Shown in pieces: positions 26,769 through 36,406 of a DNA stretch of 64,000 bases. Origin of the DNA: a virus; IMG/VR virus record IMGVR_UViG_3300037042_003533, positions 1 through 64,000 of that record; one strand, written 5' to 3'. A program made the position numbers and the translations under genes. Within the stretch, counting starts at the first letter, position 1; the number at the start of each line of letters is the position of its first letter. The notes beneath the pieces were generated by a model. The model made no database searches, was not told the origin of the DNA, and worked only from the letters and a program-made list of their open reading frames with translations.

Positions 26769-27704
26769 ATGGCGTGGAAGGAGGGCCGAAAGGATTTAAC
26801 TGGACAAGTGTTTGGCAGGTTGACTGTGATTGGGTTTAGTCATACAAATAATAAGCGTCTTTCATACTGGAAAGTCACCTGTTCTTGTGGGGCTCAGAAA
26901 GTTGTTCGTGGAGCAAGCTTAATTGCCGGTGAAATTAGAAGTTGTGGGTGTCTGCAAAAAGAATCTACTATAAAACAGCGCCTAGATTTAACAGGGGAAG
27001 TTTTTGGAAGACTGACCGTCTTAGAGTTTAGTCATATAAATAAAAATAGACAAACAATGTGGCGGGTACAATGCTCGTGTGGGAACCAAAAAATTATGGG
27101 TGGGAGTACAATTAAAAATGGGTATATCTTGAGTTGTGGTTGTCTAAACCATGAGTTAGAAAGTAAAGGGTGCTACAAAAATTTAGTGGGACAACGATTT
27201 GGTAGGTTGTTGGTGATGGAGCGAACAGAAAGAAGGCAAGGGAGGCAGATAATTTGGCGCTGTTTATGCTCCTGTGGCAAGGAAACCTTTGTTAGAACAG
27301 GAAGTTTAACAAGTTTATGGACACAAAGTTGTGGGTGTCTTAATAGAGATGTAATAACTACCCACGGTAAGAGTAAAACAAAGGAATATAATACAGCCAG
27401 AAATAGAATAAGATATGAACGAAAACGCAACCAAGACGGGGAGTGGACAATTTTAATGGAAATTTGTCTTAGGGATTACCAACCTGCTTGTGTGGTTTGT
27501 GGCTCAACTGATAGTTTATCTGTGGATCATGTTGTTCCTGTTGCTAAAGGAGGGGGGCTCAAACCTGGAACGGCTTGTATTCTCTGTAAACGACACAACA
27601 GTATGAAGGGGGCCAAATCCTTGGATCAACTTCCCTTAGATATGGCAAACAAGATCAGGGATGCTGCTGAATCCTTTCGGGTTGCGTGGTCAGGGGGTTT
27701 TTAA
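26769..27704 (+). CDS. HNH homing endonuclease with three tandem Cys-rich modules
   Basis: Three copies of (D/N)L.G..FGRL.V..W.(V/C).CSCG..SCGC; C-terminal CVVCGS..DHVVP..GG..C..HN..K. Confidence 0.9.
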   Translation: MAWKEGRKDLTGQVFGRLTVIGFSHTNNKRLSYWKVTCSCGAQKVVRGASLIAGEIRSCGCLQKESTIKQRLDLTGEVFGRLTVLEFSHINKNRQTMWRVQCSCGNQKIMGGSTIKNGYILSCGCLNHELESKGCYKNLVGQRFGRLLVMERTERRQGRQIIWRCLCSCGKETFVRTGSLTSLWTQSCGCLNRDVITTHGKSKTKEYNTARNRIRYERKRNQDGEWTILMEICLRDYQPACVVCGSTDSLSVDHVVPVAKGGGLKPGTACILCKRHNSMKGAKSLDQLPLDMANKIRDAAESFRVAWSGGF

Positions 27705-30592
27705 TGCGAGTCTACCTTAATCCCAGTTTTGACCACGAAGAAAATGCAGATGGGGGAATCCGCCGTGTAGTGGAAGCTCAGAAGGCCCACTTCCCTAGTC
27801 TGGACATTGAAATAGTTAAAGACCCTAAACAGGCTGACATTGCTGCTTGCCATGGTACAGAACTTCTTCTTGATCATCCTTGCCTTGTTCATCACTTGCA
27901 TGGCCTCTACTGGAGTTCTTCAACCTGGAATGCTTGGGCGCACAAAGCCAACGAGCTTCTGGTTCAGGGCATAAAACGAGCCAAAATTATAACAAGCCCC
28001 AGCGATTGGGTAAGTAATAGTGTTATGCGTGGTACCCTTCGAACGTCACACACTTTATACCACGGTGTTGAAGTAGATGAGTGGGTTCCTGTAGACAAGA
28101 AGCCCTTTGCGCTGTGGGCAAAAAACAGAGTAGACTCTATATGTTCCCCCAAGGATATGAACAAATTAGCAGAACTTATTCCGGGGTATCAGTTTATTTC
28201 TACCTTTGGAAATGAGGCAGACAATGTGCTAATCATAGGCCCCCAAAAGTTAGCAGCTATGAAGCCTATTATTCAGGCGGCTTCACTCTACGTCTGCAAC
28301 GTCCTCGAAACTGGGTCAGTAACTCTGATGGAATGTATGTCATCGGGGGTTGTGCCGGTCGGTTGGGATTTTGGGGCTAATGCAGAAATCATCACTCACG
28401 GCGTTGATGGTTGGTTGGCTAAGCCGGGGGACTTCACGGGGCTTTTAGAGGGGTTTAACTACTGCCTTAGCAATTTAACAGAGATGAGTTCTGCTGCAAG
28501 ACATAAAATAGTTGAACGGTTCCAATGGAAAGATACAATCAAAAAGTACCGTGAGGTTTATGACCTTGCTCTCCAAGAACCTGCCACCGGCCCTGCTGTG
28601 AGTATAATTGTAACAGCCTACAATCTGGCAAGCTATCTACCAGACTGTCTAGAATCAGTTCTCAGTCAAGACTTCTCTGACTGGGAGTGCATCGTAATTG
28701 ATGACGCAAGCCCTGATGAATGCGGGGCAATAGGAGAACATTATGCAGAAAAAGACAGACGAATTAAAGTCATTCACAATCAATCCAACGCTTACCTTTC
28801 CGAGGCACGAAACATCGGAATCCGTGCCTCTTCCGGTCGTTATATCTTGCCCTTGGATGCCGATGACCAGTTGGGCGCTGGTGCCCTCAAAACTCTGGCA
28901 GGAGCTTTGGACAGAAGCCTGGAACTCGACGTTGTCACCGGAAGCATGGAGTTGGTGGAAACAGACGGCAGAAGATGGGTCTCAACTTGGCCTCCAAGTA
29001 ACCCTAACTATAACGAGCAGATAGCCGAGCATAACCAAGTACCATATTCCTCCATGTACCGCCGGTGGGTCTGGGAAAAAACAGGCGGATACCGACGACG
29101 ATACAAAACAGCAGAGGACGCAGAATTTTGGGCACGGGGTTTCAGCTACGGTGCTGTTCCCGCCAAAGTAACCAATAATCCAACTCTAATTTACTCTAAC
29201 CGCTCATCCTCTATGTCACACAAAGAGCCACCTATTTCGTGGACATCCTGGCTAACTTGGTCGAAATTCCCGGAACTCACGCCCTATGCAGCTTCAGGCG
29301 AGCCCCCGCGTGATCAACTGTTTTGGGACGTAAATAGCTATGGACCCGTTGAAGTCTCAGTGGTTATCCCTGTGGGGCCAGGACATGACTGGTATTTGCA
29401 AGATGCTTTAGACAGTTTGGTAGCCCAAACCTTCCTAAACTGGGAAGTTATACTGGTGAATGACACGGGCACTCCATGGATGGACGGCGACCAACTCATT
29501 AACCCTTATCTTGCTGGCTTCCCTTGGGTCAAACTAATAGACTCGGACGGTACGAACCATGGTGTAGCTTGGGCTCGCACGCAAGGCACAATGATGGCAA
29601 AGGCTCCCCTTGTGTTCTACCTGGATGCAGATGATTATCTCCAGCCGCTGGCTCTGGATGCTTTTGTGAAGACCCAGAAGCAGTATGGTGGTTGGGTTTA
29701 TTCTGACTGGTTTGACCAAGACGGTCAGCTAAAGGAAGCCAAAGACTGGTCGGCAGACGGCTTAGTTGAAAAGATGCTTGGGCCTATGACGGGCCTGTAC
29801 CCACGCGATCACATGTTGGCAGTGATGTTTGAAGATTTCGGCGGCTGGGAAGATTGGGATGCTCAGTTGTCTTTGTTGGAACGAGGGGTTTGTGGCACAC
29901 ACTTAGCTTATCCTCTGTTTACGTACCGCTATCACACAGGCACGCGCAGGGAAGATAATTTTGAAAATGCTGCAAATCTGTTAAAGTATGTTAGAACTAA
30001 ACATAAAAATCTCTTGAGGGAGGAAGTCATGGCTGGATGTAGAAGTTGTGGAGGCGGGGGTGGAAAGCCCAAAGCGAGTTTAAGTGTAGCTGCTGGAAGA
30101 AAAGCAGTAGCACCCGCAGAGATGGCTCTTATTGAGTATATTGGGCCGATGACCCAGTTCCAACAGTTCAAAAGCAGGGTTAAAGCAGGAACTACCTATC
30201 GCTTTGGGGGTGATCCTGGGGAGGACAGCAGGAAGTTTTATATCTACCAAGGGGATGCAGAATGGATAACATCCAATCCGGTCTACAGGATTGTGCCTGA
30301 AGTAGTTGAAAACACCACAGTACCTGATGTTCCTGTGCTGACAGCTTACACCCGCCCGGCTCCTGTGGATTTCAACGACTTTATGAGGCAAGCTGAGTTT
30401 ATAAAGGCAGTTGAACCTGCTGCTATCGAAGCCCTCCCGCTTTCTCCTGAGACTGTTTCTATCCTGAATAGTGCCGGGTTTGATACTATCGAGCAAATTA
30501 AATCTCTGTCGGTGGCTCAACTCGTAACAATCAAGGGAATCGGGGCTACTAGAGCTAACAAGATTATGCAGGCAGTTAAGGAGTATAAATAA
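27704..30592 (+). CDS. Multidomain glycosyltransferase GT4-GT2-GT2 with C-terminal HhH/RNAP alpha-CTD-like domain
   Basis: GT4 ETGSVTLMECMSSG; GT2 SIIVTAYN..DDAS..LDADD; second GT2 SVVIP..LDADD; L..AG..TIEQI...L.TIKGIG. Confidence 0.9.
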   Translation: MRVYLNPSFDHEENADGGIRRVVEAQKAHFPSLDIEIVKDPKQADIAACHGTELLLDHPCLVHHLHGLYWSSSTWNAWAHKANELLVQGIKRAKIITSPSDWVSNSVMRGTLRTSHTLYHGVEVDEWVPVDKKPFALWAKNRVDSICSPKDMNKLAELIPGYQFISTFGNEADNVLIIGPQKLAAMKPIIQAASLYVCNVLETGSVTLMECMSSGVVPVGWDFGANAEIITHGVDGWLAKPGDFTGLLEGFNYCLSNLTEMSSAARHKIVERFQWKDTIKKYREVYDLALQEPATGPAVSIIVTAYNLASYLPDCLESVLSQDFSDWECIVIDDASPDECGAIGEHYAEKDRRIKVIHNQSNAYLSEARNIGIRASSGRYILPLDADDQLGAGALKTLAGALDRSLELDVVTGSMELVETDGRRWVSTWPPSNPNYNEQIAEHNQVPYSSMYRRWVWEKTGGYRRRYKTAEDAEFWARGFSYGAVPAKVTNNPTLIYSNRSSSMSHKEPPISWTSWLTWSKFPELTPYAASGEPPRDQLFWDVNSYGPVEVSVVIPVGPGHDWYLQDALDSLVAQTFLNWEVILVNDTGTPWMDGDQLINPYLAGFPWVKLIDSDGTNHGVAWARTQGTMMAKAPLVFYLDADDYLQPLALDAFVKTQKQYGGWVYSDWFDQDGQLKEAKDWSADGLVEKMLGPMTGLYPRDHMLAVMFEDFGGWEDWDAQLSLLERGVCGTHLAYPLFTYRYHTGTRREDNFENAANLLKYVRTKHKNLLREEVMAGCRSCGGGGGKPKASLSVAAGRKAVAPAEMALIEYIGPMTQFQQFKSRVKAGTTYRFGGDPGEDSRKFYIYQGDAEWITSNPVYRIVPEVVENTTVPDVPVLTAYTRPAPVDFNDFMRQAEFIKAVEPAAIEALPLSPETVSILNSAGFDTIEQIKSLSVAQLVTIKGIGATRANKIMQAVKEYK

Positions 30593-30921
30593 TGACAGAG
30601 TGTTGTTGTCCACAATGCAGACTCGGAAGGGGTGAAATAACTTTTGAGGAAGCCTTAGAAATAAATTCTAGCACCAGACGAGGTACTAAAGAACAACCCA
30701 GTGTTGGTAGAGTTGTACATTATGTAGCCTATGGAACTCCTGGAGGAGAGTTTCCTGCTGGGGCTCATCGGGCAGCAGTAATAACCGAAGTAGAGGATGA
30801 AGGAAAACACATCGTGTCTCTTTGTGTTATGAATCCAACAGGACTGTTCTTTAACCAACATATTAAATATGATAGTACAGTCCAGATGCCTGGTACATGG
30901 CACTGGCCGGAGATAGTTTAA
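30592..30921 (+). CDS. Conserved phage hypothetical protein
   Basis: PSVGRVVHYV..AAVIT..W.WP. Confidence 0.7.
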   Translation: MTECCCPQCRLGRGEITFEEALEINSSTRRGTKEQPSVGRVVHYVAYGTPGGEFPAGAHRAAVITEVEDEGKHIVSLCVMNPTGLFFNQHIKYDSTVQMPGTWHWPEIV

Positions 30922-32663
30922 TGTCACAAATATCACTAAGTGGGATCGGTTTTCTGCTGGGCGATAATCAGCAAGCCGTAGATCGGATCAACGGAAATAC
31001 TGCTACAACGGGCATTGAACCACGGTGGGTCAAAGTTCACAACTCTATGATTCACCTTCAACAGTTGCGAATTGGCAACCCTCACACTAACTTGATGTGT
31101 CGTCTAACAGCAATCGAGCCTTATTTCGAGAACTACATTCGTAGGATGCAAAACGGCGAGACTGTTGACCCGGCTGCTTCGGCTCGTGAATACTACTCTT
31201 ATATGAAGGCAGTAATGGGTGGTGCAGCTCCTCCAGGAACGTACATGGAAGTTTGCCCTCCAGGGTTTGCCACCTGGCAATACTCTACATGGCTGAACAG
31301 CTATTTCCTAACCATTATGCCCCTGCTGGAAGCTGACGGCCTGTTTGCTGTTATTTGCAACTGGTACACAGGTAATCCTCATACAATATCAGATGGTACC
31401 GACGGCTGGTCACCTTTCCTGCCTGCTATCCAATACGCGGCGGCTCATGGACATATTGTGGGGGCACAAGCTTACTGGGAGAACCCTGACAAAGCTATGG
31501 AAGACTTGGGGCACTGGACAGCCTACCGCCCACTGCGAGTAAACAGCGACTATGTTCTGCCTGCTAATCTAAAGTGGGTGCCCTCGGAGTTCGGGTTTGA
31601 CGGCCCTGGAGGATACAAAGCTAACAGCATCGATGATGGTCAGTATCGAGCAGCTATTAACAGAGCGGATTTGGCTTTCCGAGGGACGCTGGTAGATGGG
31701 TTCACAATCTTTATCTTGCAGGAATATGGCACTGAGTGGGACGATTTCCTCTTCTGGGGTATCTTTGATGGCTTGCTGGCTGATATAGCTGCTGCTGGCC
31801 CTGATACTGGCTCGCCTCCTCCTCCACCCCCACCGCCGCCTCCTCCCCCGCCTCCACCACCTTCTGGGGAAAACCTTATTCTCAACGGGTCTTTCGAGAA
31901 TGGCTCTACCAAAATCACGGCGGATTTAGATGTACCCACTGATTGGCATGTTTGGTTGGGAAGTGGAAGTAATATAATTCATAGTGAGATCGAACATCAC
32001 CCCCCACACGTAGTAGAGGGTGTGTCTGCTGGTAGACTGTGGCAGGGAGATCACGGAACTAGAGCATCAGCTTACTATCAACAGGTAGATGTTGAAGAGG
32101 GTGCTGAATATCAACTTTCTGCTCAGGCTTTTGGGATGAGCACAAACACACCGATTGTGGGGACTCCCTCCGAATCTGGGATGGTTGTTATGGTTGGTAT
32201 TGATCCTGATGGGGGAACTAACGCGACCCTCCCTTCTGTAATATGGTCTACTATCTGCAATCCACAAGATATGTATACCTCTCTATCTGTGAAGTCTGCG
32301 GCCTTTAATGACTTTATTACTGTGTTTCTGTATGCTTACCCGATGGAAGCTCGTTTGAGGAGTGACATCTTCTGGGATGTTGTTAGTTTGGTAAAGACCC
32401 AAGATGCTCCTGAGCCAGAAATCATGGTGACTACTGGTAACCTAAACTTACGTACAGGCCCTGGCGCTACATTTAGCAAGATGACTATCATCCCTAAAGA
32501 CACTGAAGTCTTTGTGTATGAGATCGAAAACGGTTGGGCTTTTGTAGAAGTGACGTTGGATATTTGGCCGTTGGCAATGGAAGTAGCTGCGTCAAACTAC
32601 AAGACATGGGTAAAGGGTGAAGCAACCCTGATTGGTTACTGTTCAGCAGACTACTTGGAATAG
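30921..32663 (+). CDS. Putative cell-envelope hydrolase: GH-like domain, poly-Pro linker, CBM, SH3b
   Basis: SEFG nucleophile-like motif, long poly-Pro, NLILNGSFE and GIDPDGG CBM, LNLRTGPG SH3b; GGAG RBS before ATG 30921. Confidence 0.7.
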   Translation: MSQISLSGIGFLLGDNQQAVDRINGNTATTGIEPRWVKVHNSMIHLQQLRIGNPHTNLMCRLTAIEPYFENYIRRMQNGETVDPAASAREYYSYMKAVMGGAAPPGTYMEVCPPGFATWQYSTWLNSYFLTIMPLLEADGLFAVICNWYTGNPHTISDGTDGWSPFLPAIQYAAAHGHIVGAQAYWENPDKAMEDLGHWTAYRPLRVNSDYVLPANLKWVPSEFGFDGPGGYKANSIDDGQYRAAINRADLAFRGTLVDGFTIFILQEYGTEWDDFLFWGIFDGLLADIAAAGPDTGSPPPPPPPPPPPPPPPPSGENLILNGSFENGSTKITADLDVPTDWHVWLGSGSNIIHSEIEHHPPHVVEGVSAGRLWQGDHGTRASAYYQQVDVEEGAEYQLSAQAFGMSTNTPIVGTPSESGMVVMVGIDPDGGTNATLPSVIWSTICNPQDMYTSLSVKSAAFNDFITVFLYAYPMEARLRSDIFWDVVSLVKTQDAPEPEIMVTTGNLNLRTGPGATFSKMTIIPKDTEVFVYEIENGWAFVEVTLDIWPLAMEVAASNYKTWVKGEATLIGYCSADYLE

Positions 32664-32743
32664 TTGACAGTTTGAGGTAAAATATACCCAGATGTCTCTA
32701 GGAATGGGGTGTCTGGGTATAGGAAATGTTGAGGGAGAGAGAG

Positions 32744-35567
32744 ATGGCAGAAATAGTTTACGAACAATGGCAATGTGATTTCTGCAAGACAGTCAGTCTA
32801 CCTATAAAAGACAAAGCCAACCCACCAGACTCATGGATGATGGTTAGTCTAGCTCCGGTATTTAGTGGTATCTATTATTTTTGTAGTAAAACCTGTTTTC
32901 GTTGCTATGGGGATTCCAAGTTAATAAGTTTAGCAGAAAGTAGGGAGAGATGATTAAAATTATTTGCAATCTTTGTGGGGAAACACAAGAAATGGAGTAT
33001 GATGCTTCTGAAGGTTTTGAGTGTCTATCCCCCGTCGTTCCAGAGGGATGGTCTTGTTTTAAGGGTAATGGAAAAATTTTGCATTTCCACGACAAAGAAG
33101 AGGGAAGTTGTTTAGAACTGTGGATGCAACAGGAGAGAGATCAAAATGTATAGTCCAGAACCCTTCCGTATCTATGTACATGATTTTTATTGTGGGAACG
33201 GAGAATATCCTTGGGAGGGTAAACAAGTAATAACTGTAGGAACCTTTGGTTGCGCGTGGGCACAAACCTACGAGTTGAATAAAATGCACCCCCCTTGTGG
33301 GGTTACTTGCTACCAATTAGATTTATGGGTATTAGGTAGATTTATTAAGTGTTTATTTTCAGGCAACTTAGTTTTGTGTTTTAATGAGTGGTGGTTAAAC
33401 CCTAACGCTTAGTGTAGAAAGTAGGGAGAGAGATGTAAATTTTGAAGTTGGTGGAACAATCTTCGATTTGGCGTTCTTTATAGATCAGGGAGTAAATATA
33501 AACAGAGAACCACAAGAAAAAGCTGTAGACGATGCGATTAATCTATTCCTGCAACTATACCCTCGATGGAAATCTATTCCGAGAGAAGAGTTGGTTGCAA
33601 GAAGTGTGACTACATTTAACTCATGGCACGATGAAAGGTAGGGAGAGAGATATGATCTTATGGATAGTAGGGAGGATTCACGGAGATGATTGGGAGTTGC
33701 AAGGAGTGTGTGAGTCTGAGCAACTAGCAAAAACTTTTTGCCACCACGATGAATACTGGTCTTATTTTATTGGGCCGGTTGAATCCAATAAAGAATTACC
33801 TATCAAAACGGAATCATGGCCTGGAGCATATTTTCCGTTGGATAATAATTAAAGAAAGTAGGGAGCCTAATGTTAGCTTGGAGAGAAGAGTTAGACAAAG
33901 CAATATGTAAGGAAATTGCCTCACATACACCATTCTCGATAGAGGATGTTCGTACTGCTTATAAGAAAAGTAAGTCTTTTGATAAGGTTCTTGAGGCTGT
34001 TGATGTTTGTGGTCAGTGGGGACTGCATAGCATTGAATTTGCACTGGATTTCAAAACAGATGAGCTAAACGTTGAATAGAGAGTAGGGAGAGAGAGATGA
34101 TAGAAAATAGAATAACAGATATAAAGAATTTTATTCCCAAAAATCTTGGGGGGCATTGCTGGCACTTAACCAACCCTCATATGACATTATCAGACGGTAT
34201 ATCTAAATTTCCAGATTACACCTGTTGCTATTGTGGTGTTAGATCAGTTGCGGCAATTCCTTTTGAAAAGAGACCAACGGATCACGGGGAATTTTATCCT
34301 GGTGCTTTATTGAAACAGGAAGACTACTGGGAGTTTACTGGTAATCACTATAAATGCCAAAAGGGTATAACAGGGGCTTGTAAAGGACTTGTATTTTATG
34401 TACCTACTCCCAGACCAGAACCCCCCAAACCGGAGTTCTATGATTCGGGCGGGCGAAATAATCCTAATCTATATCCAAGGTAGGATTTAACAGAAAGTAG
34501 GGAGAGATGATTTTTGAAGGCAGACATTCAATGACTGTGGGTGAGCTTTTGGATGAACTAAATTTGTTACCCTCTGATGCTATTGTCATAACGGCGGGAT
34601 GTGACTGTATGGGCGATGTGGCAGAGGTTAGTTATGATAGCAGTAACAACACAGTTTATTTAGATAGAACTGATAACCATTATGGTCATTGTTTCAGTTT
34701 TAGTGAAATCATAGAATAACCCTAACGCTTAGTCTTAGAATACCGAAGGTAATATGCTAGAAATCAAAGGAGATCATATGACCACACCAGACCCAAGACA
34801 CCCAGTCAAAACTTCTCAGGATACTTGTCAAGGGTGTAAACACTCTATGACCGTTGACTACATGTTACTAACCTGCATGTGTGAGTTATGTGACCACTAT
34901 AATCACCTCTTGATTAAGACTCATCCAAAATGCTCTTGGTCGGAGGATAAACAAATTGGGGAGTAGCCTTAGAGATTTAGTTGCCTTTGCCTTGTTTGAG
35001 GGTGATCGAGGAAGTGGGCATAAACATATTAAAACTGATATGTCTATGTGGGAAACCTTTTATGTTAATACTGAACACAACAAAGGGCAAGGCCGTAAGT
35101 GCTTTGATAATTGTGGTCGATGTGAGATGGATAGATTTTATAAGTTAGCAGACGAAATATTGTTTACTTGGAAAGGTTAGGGTTATGAAGAAAGTATCTC
35201 ATACAACAGAATATATAGCCTTCGGTTGTGGAGTAGCAACCTTGTGCTTTGTGATGAATCTACCCCTTGAATCAATTGCACTCTTTTCTATTTTATCTGT
35301 GTTTGGTGTTTGGTTTATAATAAAACTAAGTGGGGGTATTTGATGTGGAATATAACGTTTCCTCAACCAATTCAAGGATGGGAGTGCCCTAGATGTCATT
35401 TGATCAATTCACCACAACGGATGTCGTGTCCATGCTCAGCGAAAAATATGCCCAGCATCTCCACGACAAGCAGCGCCGCGCCCTACGGTACCGAAGGAAC
35501 AACTTGCGACGGCGGGATGGGGTGCAAGTGTTCGAGCTACAAAGAAGACGGCGATACCAAAGAGTAG
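32744..35567 (+). other. Array of about 13 small ORFs (50-130 aa, many Cys-rich) separated by repeated junction motifs
   Basis: ORF track plus AGAAAGTAGGGAGAG before several ATGs. Confidence 0.8.
33433..33641 (+). pseudogene. Probable gene inactivated at its start codon
   Basis: Leader motif is followed by ATG-TAA, while the frame starting GTA at 33435 is open for 68 codons. Confidence 0.55.
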
Positions 35568-35594
35568 TACAAAAGCAAGAAGCTAGAAGGGAAA

Positions 35595-35954
35595 TTGACC
35601 ATGCTGGACTGGATTTTATCGAATCTCTCAGAGAATATTAACTGGTTCTGGTTGGTAGCAGGCTGTATTGCAACCTGGCGAATAACTTCTATCATTCATG
35701 TAGAAGGGATAGCCGCCCCAATTCGAAAGTTCTTTGGTGGTGTTCATGATGCAGAAGGAAACATTAAATACCATCCTCTTAAGATACTAGGAAAACAAAC
35801 TACATTCTTCGCTGAACTCATGTCCTGTTTTTGGTGTCTATCTGTTTGGGTGGGGGGAGCAGTCACTGTAATTGTTTTGATTTGCCCCTATATTCTGTTA
35901 CCATTTGTTATGAGCGCTGTTGCAATCATACTAGAGAAGATTTGGGATAATTAA
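35595..35954 (+). CDS. DUF1360-like membrane protein
   Basis: ATWRIT..I and L.SC.WCLSVW motifs, TM segments. Confidence 0.75.
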   Translation: MTMLDWILSNLSENINWFWLVAGCIATWRITSIIHVEGIAAPIRKFFGGVHDAEGNIKYHPLKILGKQTTFFAELMSCFWCLSVWVGGAVTVIVLICPYILLPFVMSAVAIILEKIWDN

Positions 35955-35956
35955 TC

Positions 35957-36406
35957 ATGAGTGATAATGAACTAACAATGGATGAAAAATATTTTGACTT
36001 GCAGAATAGGCTGATTGAAACCAAATTATCCGCGATTGCAAGCGCGGTGGAGAATTTTGGCAAGGATATTAAGAAAGTTTTGGATGACCACGAGTTACGA
36101 CTGAGAGAACAGGCTAAATCATCTACTATCAATGCTCAGGAGATTATTGCCCTGAGTGCTGTTAATGCCCAAAAGCTTGTAGTCATGGAGAATGGGCAGA
36201 AAGAACTTAAATGTTCTATTATTGCTCTGGAAGCAGAAGCAATGAAACGGTTGGATGCTCTTGCTAAAGAGCGTGAGGAAAACTCCCGCAAAGAACTTAC
36301 TCTCTGGCAAACAATAGCAATTGAAGCAATCAAGTTCACCTTCTTGGGAGCTGGTGGTGGTGGTGTCATCATAGCAATAGTTAAACTATTTGGGATCACA
36401 CTCTAA
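35957..36406 (+). CDS. Coiled-coil protein with C-terminal TM, possibly lysis-associated
   Basis: DHE.RLR coiled coil and terminal hydrophobic helix. Confidence 0.55.
   Translation: MSDNELTMDEKYFDLQNRLIETKLSAIASAVENFGKDIKKVLDDHELRLREQAKSSTINAQEIIALSAVNAQKLVVMENGQKELKCSIIALEAEAMKRLDALAKEREENSRKELTLWQTIAIEAIKFTFLGAGGGGVIIAIVKLFGITL

Noticed and set aside
31813-31863. C-rich tract as a phase-variable repeat
   Set aside because: It encodes poly-Pro with mixed codons, i.e. a protein linker
33398-34740. CTAAC motifs as integron attC sites
   Set aside because: No paired GTTRRRY box or long imperfect palindrome; I see no IntI-specific insertion in the recombinase
32900-34750. Junction repeats as a CRISPR array
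   Set aside because: Repeats are short and variable, separated by whole genes of 200-400 bp; no cas genes
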